Assembly: GCA_045589075.1 (NCBI GenBank)
Contig: JAZNFI010000053.1
Span: forward strand, 173-64,172
Length of the DNA: 64,000 bases
Source of the DNA: Candidatus Flemingiibacterium sp.
GTDB lineage: Bacteria > Bacillota > Clostridia > Oscillospirales > CAG-272
Direction: 5' to 3'
Shown piece by piece: positions 1 to 8,632 of the stretch. A model generated the notes under the pieces. The model did not search any database. It was not told where the DNA came from and was given only the letters and a program-made list of their open reading frames with translations. The position numbers and the translations under genes are program-made. Numbering within the stretch: the stretch's first letter is position 1; each line of letters opens with the position of its first letter.

Positions 1-3000
1 GCCTATCCATCAGGTGCTTGTAGAAAAGTGCGTTTCCGGATGGAAGGAAATCGAATTTGAGGTAATGCGTGACGGTGCAGGCAACGTAATAACCATTTGC
101 TCTATGGAAAACGTTGACCCCGTAGGCGTTCACACCGGTGATTCCGTGGTTGTAGCTCCCGCCGTTACACTTTCCGATGACGAGTATCAGATGCTCCGTT
201 CTGCAGCTCTCGACATTATCGAGGAGCTTAAAATTGAGGGCGGCTGTAACTGTCAGTTCGCTCTTCACCCTGAAAGCAAGGAATATGCGGTTATCGAGGT
301 TAACCCCCGTGTTTCCCCTTCCTCTGCTCTGGCTTCCAAGGCTACGGGCTACCCAATAGCAAAGGTTGCGGCGAAAATTGCAATCGGTTACACTCTTCCC
401 GAAATTCTCAACGCGGTTACGGGCACTACCTATGCCTGCTTTGAGCCTACCATTGACTATATGGTTGTAAAATTCCCCAAGTGGCCCTTTGATAAGTTTG
501 TTTACGCAAAGCGTACACTTGGAACACAGATGAAAGCAACGGGCGAGGTTATGGCTATCGGTACTTCCTTCGAGCAGGCTATGATGAAGGCTGTACGCGG
601 TGTTGAGATTGGCATGAACTACCTTTCTCACAAGAAATACCGTGAGCTTACTGACGAGGATATAGCATCGAGACTTCACAACGTGGACGACGAGCGTCTT
701 TTTATCGTTTTTGAGGCACTTCGCCGCGGAACAACCATTGAGAAGATTCATGAAATCACTATGATTGACGAGTGGTTCCTTAACAAGCTTCTTAACCTTA
801 TCGCAATGGAGAGAAAGCTGACTGGGTGCAAGATTACCGAGGAGCTTTACAAGGAAGCAAAGGTTCTCGGCTTCCCCGACAAGCTTATTGAGGAGCTTTC
901 GGGCAAGGCGCTTCCCAAAGGAATGCACAAGAGCGCCGTTTACAAGGTAGTTGACACCTGCGCCGCAGAATTCTCCGCAAACACTCCCTATTTCTACTCC
1001 ACCTACGACGACGAAAACGAGGCTGCCGAGTTTATCGAGAAGAAGAAAGACCCAAGTAAGAAAACGGTTATCGTTTTCGGTTCGGGTCCTATACGAATCG
1101 GTCAGGGCATCGAGTTCGACTATGCTTCGGTACACTGTGTATGGTCACTTAAAAAGGCTGGCTACGATGTGGTTATCGTAAACAACAACCCCGAAACCGT
1201 TTCCACCGACTTCGACACCGCCGACAGACTTTACTTTGAGCCTCTTACCCCCGAGGATGTAATGAACATCATCGAAACTGAAAAGCCTTTCGGTGTAGTT
1301 GTGGCATTCGGCGGTCAGACGGCAATCAAGCTCACAAAATATATGAGCGAGCACGGCGTAAACATTCTCGGAACTTCTGCCGACTCCATTGACGCGGCAG
1401 AGGACAGAGAGCGTTTTGACGCACTGCTTGAAGAAAACAAGGTGGCACGTCCCCAGGGCTACACCGTAATGACTACCGAGGAAGCCCTCACTGTGGCAAG
1501 CCGCATCGGCTACCCCGTTCTTATGCGTCCCTCATACGTTCTTGGCGGTCAGAACATGATTATTGCATTTACAGAGGACGACATCAAGGAATATATGAAG
1601 ATAATCCTTGCAAACAACATCGAAAACCCGGTGCTTATCGACAAGTACCTTATGGGTATAGAGCTTGAGGTTGACGCTATCTGTGACGGTGATGATATTC
1701 TCATTCCCGGCATTATGGAGCACGTTGAAAGAACGGGTATCCATTCCGGCGACTCCATTGCGGTTTATCCTGCATGGAATATTACGGACAAGCTTCGTGA
1801 GGAGATTATCCGGTGCACCAAAAATCTGTCTGTATCCCTTAAGATAATGGGTCTTGTAAATATCCAGTATCTTATCTATCAGAACAAACTCTATGTTATC
1901 GAGGTTAACCCCCGTTCTTCGAGAACTATCCCCTATATAAGCAAGGTTACGGGTGTTCCCATGGTTGACCTTGCAACCCGTTGTATGCTCGGCGAAAGGC
2001 TCGCTGATATGGGCTACGGTACGGGTCTTTACAAAACTTCCCCCTACGTTGCTATCAAGGTTCCCGTATTCTCTTTTGAAAAGCTTATGAACGTTGACAA
2101 CCACCTTGGTCCCGAAATGAAGTCCACCGGTGAGGTTCTCGGACTTGCAAGCACCCGTGAGGAGGCACTTTACAAGGGTCTCGTTGCGGCAGGCTACAAG
2201 CTTAAGAAGCAAGGCGGTATATTCATTACCGTCCGCGACTCCGACAAGTCTGAAATCGGCGAAACTGCAAAGAAGTTCTACGACCTTGGCTTCGAGCTTT
2301 ACGCAACACGCGGAACTGCAAAGATTATCGAGGACTACGGCATGAAGGTGAAGATTGTAGACAAGATTCACGAGGGCGACAACAACACCCTGAAGCTTAT
2401 TGAATCGGGCAGAATCGACTACGTTATCTCCACCTCTGCAAAGGGTCGTATTCCTACCCGCGACAGCGTTAAGATTCGCCGCAAGACGGTTGAGCGTGCT
2501 ATTCCCTGTCTTACTTCCATTGACACGGCAAACGCTATTGCTGACTGCCTAAAGAGCCGTTATTCACAGCACTCCACCGAGCTTGTGAACATCAACGATA
2601 TGCGTACCACCAAAGCTGCACTGAAGTTCACCAAGATGGAGGGCTGCGGCAACGACTATATCTACTTCAACTGCTTCGACCAGCGTATCGACAATCCCGA
2701 AGGACTTGCTATAAGACTCTCCGACCGTCATTTCGGCATTGGCGGCGACGGCGTAGTGCTTATCTGTCCCTCTGATGTTGCAGATGTTAAGATGCGTATG
2801 TTCAATCTTGACGGAAGCGAAGGAAGAATGTGCGGCAACGCTACAAGATGCGTGGCTAAATATATCGTGGACAACAAGATGGTTGACAAAGAGACCGTTA
2901 CCGTTGAAACCCTCAGCGGTATCCGCTCGGCAGATGTTACCAAGGTAAGCGGCGAGGTAAAGACTGTTACCGTTAACATGGGTAAAGCAGAGCTTAACCC

Positions 3001-3466
3001 CTCACTTATCCCCGTGAAGATGTCACTGCGCAACGTAATCGGCGTTCCTGCGCAGATTGCAGGCGGACGCTACCGTATCACCTGCGTTTCCATGGGCAAC
3101 CCACACTGTGTAGTTTTCGACGAGGACTTTGATGATACTCTTGACAATCTCGACCTTGAAACAATCGGTCCAAAGTTTGAAAACGACCAGCTTTTCCCTG
3201 AACGCACCAATACCGAGTTTATAAAGGTACTGAATCCCACAACTCTCAAGATGCGTGTATGGGAGCGTGGCTCGGGTGAGACCTTCGCTTGCGGAAGCGG
3301 TGCTTGTGCGGCAGTTGTAGCAGCGGTTGAAAACGGTTTGTGTCAGAAGAACACCGATATTACGGTGAAGCTCCGCGGCGGTGATTTGATTATCCGCTAT
3401 ACTGACGAGGCAGTATTCTTAAGCGGAGATGCGAATAAGATCTATGAAGGAACTATTATAATGTAA
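1..3466 (+). CDS. carB: Carbamoyl-phosphate synthase large subunit (5' end cut by window) continuing in frame, with no stop codon, into a diaminopimelate epimerase domain
   Basis: The frame of ORF 14..3466 stays open back to base 2. The translation shows both CarB ATP-grasp halves ([32 protein letters not shown]; [33 protein letters not shown]) and the MGS-like tail ([12 protein letters not shown]...YVISTSAKG). It then reads through into DapF sequence. Confidence 0.9.
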   Translation, partial: PIHQVLVEKCVSGWKEIEFEVMRDGAGNVITICSMENVDPVGVHTGDSVVVAPAVTLSDDEYQMLRSAALDIIEELKIEGGCNCQFALHPESKEYAVIEVNPRVSPSSALASKATGYPIAKVAAKIAIGYTLPEILNAVTGTTYACFEPTIDYMVVKFPKWPFDKFVYAKRTLGTQMKATGEVMAIGTSFEQAMMKAVRGVEIGMNYLSHKKYRELTDEDIASRLHNVDDERLFIVFEALRRGTTIEKIHEITMIDEWFLNKLLNLIAMERKLTGCKITEELYKEAKVLGFPDKLIEELSGKALPKGMHKSAVYKVVDTCAAEFSANTPYFYSTYDDENEAAEFIEKKKDPSKKTVIVFGSGPIRIGQGIEFDYASVHCVWSLKKAGYDVVIVNNNPETVSTDFDTADRLYFEPLTPEDVMNIIETEKPFGVVVAFGGQTAIKLTKYMSEHGVNILGTSADSIDAAEDRERFDALLEENKVARPQGYTVMTTEEALTVASRIGYPVLMRPSYVLGGQNMIIAFTEDDIKEYMKIILANNIENPVLIDKYLMGIELEVDAICDGDDILIPGIMEHVERTGIHSGDSIAVYPAWNITDKLREEIIRCTKNLSVSLKIMGLVNIQYLIYQNKLYVIEVNPRSSRTIPYISKVTGVPMVDLATRCMLGERLADMGYGTGLYKTSPYVAIKVPVFSFEKLMNVDNHLGPEMKSTGEVLGLASTREEALYKGLVAAGYKLKKQGGIFITVRDSDKSEIGETAKKFYDLGFELYATRGTAKIIEDYGMKVKIVDKIHEGDNNTLKLIESGRIDYVISTSAKGRIPTRDSVKIRRKTVERAIPCLTSIDTANAIADCLKSRYSQHSTELVNINDMRTTKAALKFTKMEGCGNDYIYFNCFDQRIDNPEGLAIRLSDRHFGIGGDGVVLICPSDVADVKMRMFNLDGSEGRMCGNATRCVAKYIVDNKMVDKETVTVETLSGIRSADVTKVSGEVKTVTVNMGKAELNPSLIPVKMSLRNVIGVPAQIAGGRYRITCVSMGNPHCVVFDEDFDDTLDNLDLETIGPKFENDQLFPERTNTEFIKVLNPTTLKMRVWERGSGETFACGSGACAAVVAAVENGLCQKNTDITVKLRGGDLIIRYTDEAVFLSGDANKIYEGTIIM
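2600..3466 (+). other. dapF: DapF (diaminopimelate epimerase)-homologous segment of the fused ORF
   Basis: From in-frame ATG 2600 the translation reads [23 protein letters not shown]...[18 protein letters not shown]...[10 protein letters not shown]...[17 protein letters not shown]. This is a full-length DapF-like fold with both Cys-containing motifs. No Shine-Dalgarno is seen before ATG 2600 or ATG 2636. Confidence 0.85.
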
Positions 3467-3469
3467 TTG

Positions 3470-3513
3470 TAAGACCCCACAACAGGCAAGCTTGGAGCTG
3501 TCGTGGGGTCTTA
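3470..3513 (+). terminator. Hairpin just after the carB-dapF stop (weak terminator candidate)
   Basis: taagaccccac (3470-3480) pairs with gtggggtctta (3503-3513). The loop is 22 nt and there is no clear T-tract. Confidence 0.35.
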
Positions 3514-3532
3514 CAGTGTTTATACAAACATG

Positions 3533-3566
3533 AAAAATCCGACCCAAAAGTACGGGTCGGATTTTT
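3533..3566. terminator. Bidirectional rho-independent terminator between convergent carB-dapF and the ABC operon
   Basis: aaaaatccgaccc / aaaagtac / gggtcggattttt. This is a GC stem flanked by an A-run on one side and a T-run on the other. Confidence 0.7.
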
Positions 3567-3574
3567 TGTACCTA

Positions 3575-4600
3575 TTAACCAACGATACCGGAACGCTCAA
3601 TGCCACCGATAAGGTATCTCTGAAGGAAGACATACATTATAAGCAGAGGAGCAAGAATGAGGATACCGCAGGTGTTCTTGATCGCGGATTCATATAGATT
3701 CTGAGCCGCATATTGTGTATCCAAGGTTTTTGGTATGGCAATAATATCCGGCATCATAACCATCTTGGCCTTTGTAAAGAATACAGTGGTGTAGAAGTTA
3801 TCAGTCCACTGCCAAGAGAAGGCGAACAAGAAGATTGTAATCATCATAGGAACGGAAAGCGGGAGAATGATCGTAAGGAATGTTCTGAAAACTCCGCTTC
3901 CGTCGATGTAAGCAGATTCTTCAAGCTCATCAGGAACTCCACGGAAGAACTGACGCATCATAAAGATGTAAAGTCCGTTCTTAAACGCCAAGCCGCCTAA
4001 TGAAAGCAGAGCCAACGGCCAGTAGGAGTTATTAAGGTTCAGGGCTTCACCCATCAGAAGTTCAAATATTCCAAACACATCGAAAAATCTGAACTTCATG
4101 AACATAGAGAGTTGGAGAGTTCTGTGAGGAACTATCATTGTAAAGATAACAAGGAAGAATACCAGCTTGTTGCCCTTGAACTTGAACTTTGCAAGACCGT
4201 AACCGATTACGCAGCACATAAAGGTCTGAATGAGACCGCACAGCACCGAAAGCGTAAACGTGTTGAACAATGCTTCAATGTAACTGTTCTCGCTTATGAT
4301 AGCTCTGTAGGTGTCAAGTGTGGGGTACTTCGGAATGAGTTTTACCGTTACGTCTACAAAATCCTCGCGGCTCATAAAAGAACCGGAAATCTTTGCGAAG
4401 AACGGGAAAAGAATTACATATGAAATACCGATAAGAAGGACGAGTCTGAATATCTTGAAGACTACATTCGTGAGGAAGTTCAAGGTCAGATACCTAGACT
4501 TGAGACGCTCAAGCAGAGGTGTTCTTTCAAACTCAACTCTTATTTTGTTTTTGCTCTCCTTCATGATACGGGGAGCTTTTGGTGCCTGTTGAGAATTCAT
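3575..4600 (-). CDS. Carbohydrate ABC transporter permease (MalG/CUT1-type), distal pair
   Basis: EAA loop EESAYIDGSGVFRTFLTIILPLSVPMM and multiple hydrophobic helices. There is a ~45-aa Lys/Arg-rich N-terminal extension. The gap to the upstream permease gene is 12 nt. Confidence 0.85.
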   Translation of the reverse strand: MNSQQAPKAPRIMKESKNKIRVEFERTPLLERLKSRYLTLNFLTNVVFKIFRLVLLIGISYVILFPFFAKISGSFMSREDFVDVTVKLIPKYPTLDTYRAIISENSYIEALFNTFTLSVLCGLIQTFMCCVIGYGLAKFKFKGNKLVFFLVIFTMIVPHRTLQLSMFMKFRFFDVFGIFELLMGEALNLNNSYWPLALLSLGGLAFKNGLYIFMMRQFFRGVPDELEESAYIDGSGVFRTFLTIILPLSVPMMITIFLFAFSWQWTDNFYTTVFFTKAKMVMMPDIIAIPKTLDTQYAAQNLYESAIKNTCGILILAPLLIMYVFLQRYLIGGIERSGIVG

Positions 4601-4612
4601 TTTCTTACCTCC

Positions 4613-5572
4613 TTAATCGCGTTTCTGATAGAAGACATACGAGCTTAGAATCAGTGCCACCAAACCGATGATAAGAAGAACGATGAGGAAGTATATCCAA
4701 GCCATCGCCGAACTGAGAACATTACCGCCCGTTTGCTTGTACACGGTGGAGATGTAGGTCATAACCTGATTCGACTGCGACGTAAAAGAGTCGATTACGG
4801 TATATATCGCATTTACCAGAATCATCGGGCTTATCATCGGGAAGGTGATCTTCCAGAAGGTTTCCCAAGCGGTTGCACCGTCTATATCACAGGATTCGTA
4901 AATCGCGGGGGAGATAGACTGGAGACCTGCAAGGAAAATAAGCATCTGAACACCGGAACGGTTGATAATGTCGTAAATGTTGTTAACCATATTTACAACA
5001 TACTCAACAAGCTCTGTACCGACCTTCATGTTTTCAAACAATCGTTCGATGTCCACCGCCGACAGTATTTCGGAGGTGGTGTTTTGACCTGAACCGTCGT
5101 TAATACCGGACTCGGTATCGCCCATGTAATCAAGCATGGTGTTTGACTGGTCGATACTGTCTACAATACCGGTAGAAATAATTACCGGGATGAAGAATAT
5201 CGCACGGAACGCCGCACGGCCCATCATCTTCTGATTGAGAAGCACTGCCATGAAAAGTGAGAAAATTACGATAGCCGGAATATCAAATATAAGCTGCTGG
5301 ATACCGGATGTCAGTGTCTGAACAAAACCGGGATCTACAAAGAGAGCACTCTGATAGTTTTCCAAGCCAACGAACTCAAGGGTAAAACCGGCACCCTGTC
5401 CGATCTTAACCTTGTTAAAGCTGAACCGAATTGAGTCAATTACTATCGGAAGATAAATTATAATAAAGCTTAATACAAAGGGAGCGACAAATACATATCC
5501 CGAACGAGCTTTACGAGCGTCCAGAGAGGCTCCGCGCTTGCGTTTTTTAGATGCGCTAACTGTGTTATTCAT
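4613..5572 (-). CDS. Sugar ABC transporter permease (MalF/CUT1-type), distal pair
   Basis: EAA loop YESCDIDGATAWETFWKITFPMISPMI. Basic N-terminus followed by a TM helix. The gap to the upstream gene is 16 nt. Confidence 0.85.
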   Translation of the reverse strand: MNNTVSASKKRKRGASLDARKARSGYVFVAPFVLSFIIIYLPIVIDSIRFSFNKVKIGQGAGFTLEFVGLENYQSALFVDPGFVQTLTSGIQQLIFDIPAIVIFSLFMAVLLNQKMMGRAAFRAIFFIPVIISTGIVDSIDQSNTMLDYMGDTESGINDGSGQNTTSEILSAVDIERLFENMKVGTELVEYVVNMVNNIYDIINRSGVQMLIFLAGLQSISPAIYESCDIDGATAWETFWKITFPMISPMILVNAIYTVIDSFTSQSNQVMTYISTVYKQTGGNVLSSAMAWIYFLIVLLIIGLVALILSSYVFYQKRD

Positions 5573-5588
5573 TTATACCTCTCCTTTC

Positions 5589-8500
5589 TTATTTAACTCG
5601 AGCGAACTCAAGTGCTCCGACTGTATAGGTTTTACCATCGTCAACTACAGTAATGTCAAAGTTATTATAGTTAAGGATGAATGCTTTATTCCCTTCGTAT
5701 GTAACCTTAACGATTCTTCCGTCGTCAGAGGTGTACTTAGTATAAACGTAAGCATTCGGGTCCACCTTATCGGTATTGAAATCGCTGGCCTCGCCATTTC
5801 CGGCGTAAGAAACTGCGTCCCTACCGTAGGTTGCCACAAGGCGTTCTATAAGGAGAGCCGCCTTTTCATCCTTTTGTGCTAATATCTCTTCCTCCAGCGC
5901 GGAAGCAAGTGCAGCCTCTTCTGCTGCTATTTTGTCTGCTTCAATCTCCTCCTCGGAAGGAATACGCTCACCGATAAGGAACTCGTGGTCAACTATCTGC
6001 TTATCCTGAAGATCTGCAAGAATCTCATTGAGTGTTGTGTAAAGCTCCACAAGCTCATCATACCAGATGTCAAACCCCACAGAGTAGTACTTGCTGTACT
6101 GCTTATCTTCCTTAAGAAGCGAAGTATTCTGTGCTGAAAGAGTGAAATACATGGATGAACCGTTCTCTATTGCCTTGAGAAGCTCATATTGTGTGTCACC
6201 CGCCATGTTAATAGCACCGCCGGAGAAGTTTACGCATCCGTGAAGTACCATACCCATGAAAGGTACCGCCTCGCCGGCATTGGAGTAACGGCTGGAATCG
6301 AGCGGTACACCGATAATATGCTCTGCATACTGAGCTGCGTACATATTACCGCCTTCAATCATAACGCTTTCGTAGTTTTCCTCAAGAGAAGCAAGCGCAT
6401 CCATTGTAAACTCCTTGGAATCCTCGCGGTTGTAAGGATCTTTCTTGTCGAAATCGGAGTTAAGATCTGTGCCCAGTGTGGATACTGAAACACCTATAGG
6501 AGCGAGCTTGGAATAATCCGCATTAAAGCCCTCAAGAAGATATTCATATACGGAAGGTGATACTGCCAGTGCGTGACCACGCTCGAAGGATTGGAGTGTG
6601 GAATCGTAGTAACGCTTGGTGGTGTAACGGTTATCCATAGTCTTTACAAGATGCTTCTTGTTGGAGATACCGTCAAATGAACCAAACCCTGCGATATTTG
6701 CAAAATCGAAGTCGGGATACACTCCAATGTCATTTTCGGAAGCATAGCTTACAAAATCGGTAAAGCCGTCGTTGCCGCCAACCGCTTTTTCAAATTCCAC
6801 ATTGTATGGAGCAGTTGCGGTCATTCCTCCGTTTGTATAACCTGTAAGCTTGAAGTTAACATTTGTTATGTTCGCCTCATCCAGCTTCTCGTACATTGTA
6901 CGAAGATCATCAAAGGAAGTAAGTGGCTTCAGTACCTTAACAGGAACAGAGAGAATTTTCTCCATTGTCTCCATAGCACCGAAGGTCTCAATATAGAGAG
7001 GAATTGAATCGCCGGCGTCTTCAATCTGAGTAAGACTTCCCTTTTTGATTAGGTAGTCTCTGTAAGCCTTCGCCATGCCTACATAACTGTCTTCGTAATA
7101 GTCATCAATACCTGCCGCCTCGGCTGACTCATCAGAGGTCAGCATAATGTACTTGATACGGTAGCTTCCGGTGTATTTGCGTTCGGAGACTACTGTATAT
7201 TTAGCATTTGAACCAACTGAAATGGACTCTGCAAGATTGTAAGTGTCCTTAGGTCTTGGATAGAATGTGGTGTAAACCGTGTTGTACTTATGGAGAGCTC
7301 CGCCGTGCTCGGTACTGATTTCGGCAAGTGAGTCACCCTCTTCAATTATTGCCAAAAAGCCGCTGGACTGTTTGCCCTCGGGCATTTTAGGAGCAACCTC
7401 ACCAGCTTCGATCTGCGCCTCGGTAAGCTTCGTAGGATTCCAGCTGTTGGACTCAACAATTCCGTAGACCGGCATCCTCATTATTTCCCTGTTCTGTCCA
7501 CTGACCTCTTGATAAGCATAGTCCTGACCGTAGATCTTACCGGTGATGGTAATCTGCTTGTTTTTCACATCCTCGAAACGTACCAGTGCGCCGGAACCGT
7601 CGGGTATAAAGGTGTAACCCTCCCATTCGGAAGAACCTGCACCAAACCAAGGAAGCAAACTGATGTACGTAAGCTGATACGAGCTTTCGTCAAAACGAAT
7701 ACCGTTAGCAGGGAGACGTACGTCGAGATTTCCATCTTCATCGAGAGTGTACTCAAGAGAAAGTCTGAAGAGAACAGGTACAACGTCGGTACCCTCATAA
7801 CCTGTGATGAGATGATCCTCTTCAAGCATTTCGTACGTATACTCGGGGCAGTACGTCTTTATAATATCTTCGATCATATTAAGGTCACGTTCAGACGCAT
7901 AGGGGTCGAAGGTGTAGATTGCCATTTGCTCACATATGGGGAATGAAGCAATAAGCTCACCTCTCAAACGCTCGGTCAGCGAGGGAGCGTTCGGATCCTG
8001 CAAGGTGTAGTACGCGTTCAAACGGTTTCTGGCTGTACCTTCGGGAACGTTCGCGAGAATAAGCTCCTCAAAACGCTCCTTTTTGATCTGCTTGGGAACC
8101 AGCTTACGGGTCTCCACACGACCCATAGTATACTCCACACGCACACCGTTCTTGATTTTCTTTACGTTGATCTGACCTCTCTGACAAGCCTCAATAAAGC
8201 TGAACATTTCGATCTCGGATGAGTTGTCAGAGTACTTGATAACGATCTGGGAAAGCAGTTCCTCTTTTACCGATTTAGCGGAGGAGGTGCTTGCCACATC
8301 ATATGGATTCGAGAAGAGAATCTGACCGGTTTTAGTATTAACATAGGCGACCTCTCCGGAAATAGGCTCAACATACAGCTCCATACCTGCCTTTGAGAGG
8401 TATTTTGTCATTGTTGCAAGCTTATCCTCGGGAGTTTTAAATTCCTGTGTCAGATAATCTATAGTTGTAAGTCCGGTTTCTGGATCGATACCGGGTACAA

Positions 8501-8609
8501 TTGCCGCATCCGCAGCCGCATTAGATGCACTTACGGGAAGCACTGCTGAGAACATTCCAAAAACCGTTGCAACAGTCAGGAATGCCGATAATAATCTGAA
8601 TTTTTTCAT
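5589..8609 (-). CDS. Secreted ~1000-aa protein of unknown function (reminds me of DUF5696-type proteins; unverified)
   Basis: N-terminal signal MKKFRLLSAFLTVATVFGMFSAVLPVSA/SN with no lipobox Cys. SD TAGGAG lies upstream. I see no catalytic motif I can name. An acidic helical stretch (EEEIEADKIAAEEAALASALEEE) lies near the C-terminus. The gene is embedded in the ABC operon. Confidence 0.8.
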   Translation of the reverse strand: MKKFRLLSAFLTVATVFGMFSAVLPVSASNAAADAAIVPGIDPETGLTTIDYLTQEFKTPEDKLATMTKYLSKAGMELYVEPISGEVAYVNTKTGQILFSNPYDVASTSSAKSVKEELLSQIVIKYSDNSSEIEMFSFIEACQRGQINVKKIKNGVRVEYTMGRVETRKLVPKQIKKERFEELILANVPEGTARNRLNAYYTLQDPNAPSLTERLRGELIASFPICEQMAIYTFDPYASERDLNMIEDIIKTYCPEYTYEMLEEDHLITGYEGTDVVPVLFRLSLEYTLDEDGNLDVRLPANGIRFDESSYQLTYISLLPWFGAGSSEWEGYTFIPDGSGALVRFEDVKNKQITITGKIYGQDYAYQEVSGQNREIMRMPVYGIVESNSWNPTKLTEAQIEAGEVAPKMPEGKQSSGFLAIIEEGDSLAEISTEHGGALHKYNTVYTTFYPRPKDTYNLAESISVGSNAKYTVVSERKYTGSYRIKYIMLTSDESAEAAGIDDYYEDSYVGMAKAYRDYLIKKGSLTQIEDAGDSIPLYIETFGAMETMEKILSVPVKVLKPLTSFDDLRTMYEKLDEANITNVNFKLTGYTNGGMTATAPYNVEFEKAVGGNDGFTDFVSYASENDIGVYPDFDFANIAGFGSFDGISNKKHLVKTMDNRYTTKRYYDSTLQSFERGHALAVSPSVYEYLLEGFNADYSKLAPIGVSVSTLGTDLNSDFDKKDPYNREDSKEFTMDALASLEENYESVMIEGGNMYAAQYAEHIIGVPLDSSRYSNAGEAVPFMGMVLHGCVNFSGGAINMAGDTQYELLKAIENGSSMYFTLSAQNTSLLKEDKQYSKYYSVGFDIWYDELVELYTTLNEILADLQDKQIVDHEFLIGERIPSEEEIEADKIAAEEAALASALEEEILAQKDEKAALLIERLVATYGRDAVSYAGNGEASDFNTDKVDPNAYVYTKYTSDDGRIVKVTYEGNKAFILNYNNFDITVVDDGKTYTVGALEFARVK

Positions 8610-8632
8610 TTACTATAACTCCTATCCTGTAA

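Noticed and set aside
302-325. The CarB motif reads NPRVSPSS, whereas I remember NPRVSRSS (Arg to Pro at codon 317-319).
   Set aside because: I cannot align against a family profile here. It may be normal lineage variation, and the rest of the ATP-grasp motifs are intact.
1532-2371. 279-aa ORF antisense to carB. Similar long antisense ORFs occur at 21043..21684 (ftsH), 21943..22485 (ftsH), 26570..27109 (rplI), 27830..28345 (gdpP), 29583..30116 (upp), 31825..32376 (pgk), 33142..33852 (tpiA), 35621..36277 (U32), 54250..54870 (rsgA) and 57555..58127.
   Set aside because: Each lies opposite a gene with an unmistakable conserved translation. Their translations are low-complexity (Cys/His/Arg/Leu-rich), they lack SD sequences, and they are the expected by-product of codon-biased genes on the other strand.
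3472-3481. The 10-nt word agaccccaca is shared between the carB-dapF terminator (3472-3481) and the upp/gdpP intergenic region (29409-29418).
   Set aside because: A single 10-mer match in 64 kb is compatible with chance, and the flanks are unrelated. There is no evidence of a repeat family or att sites.
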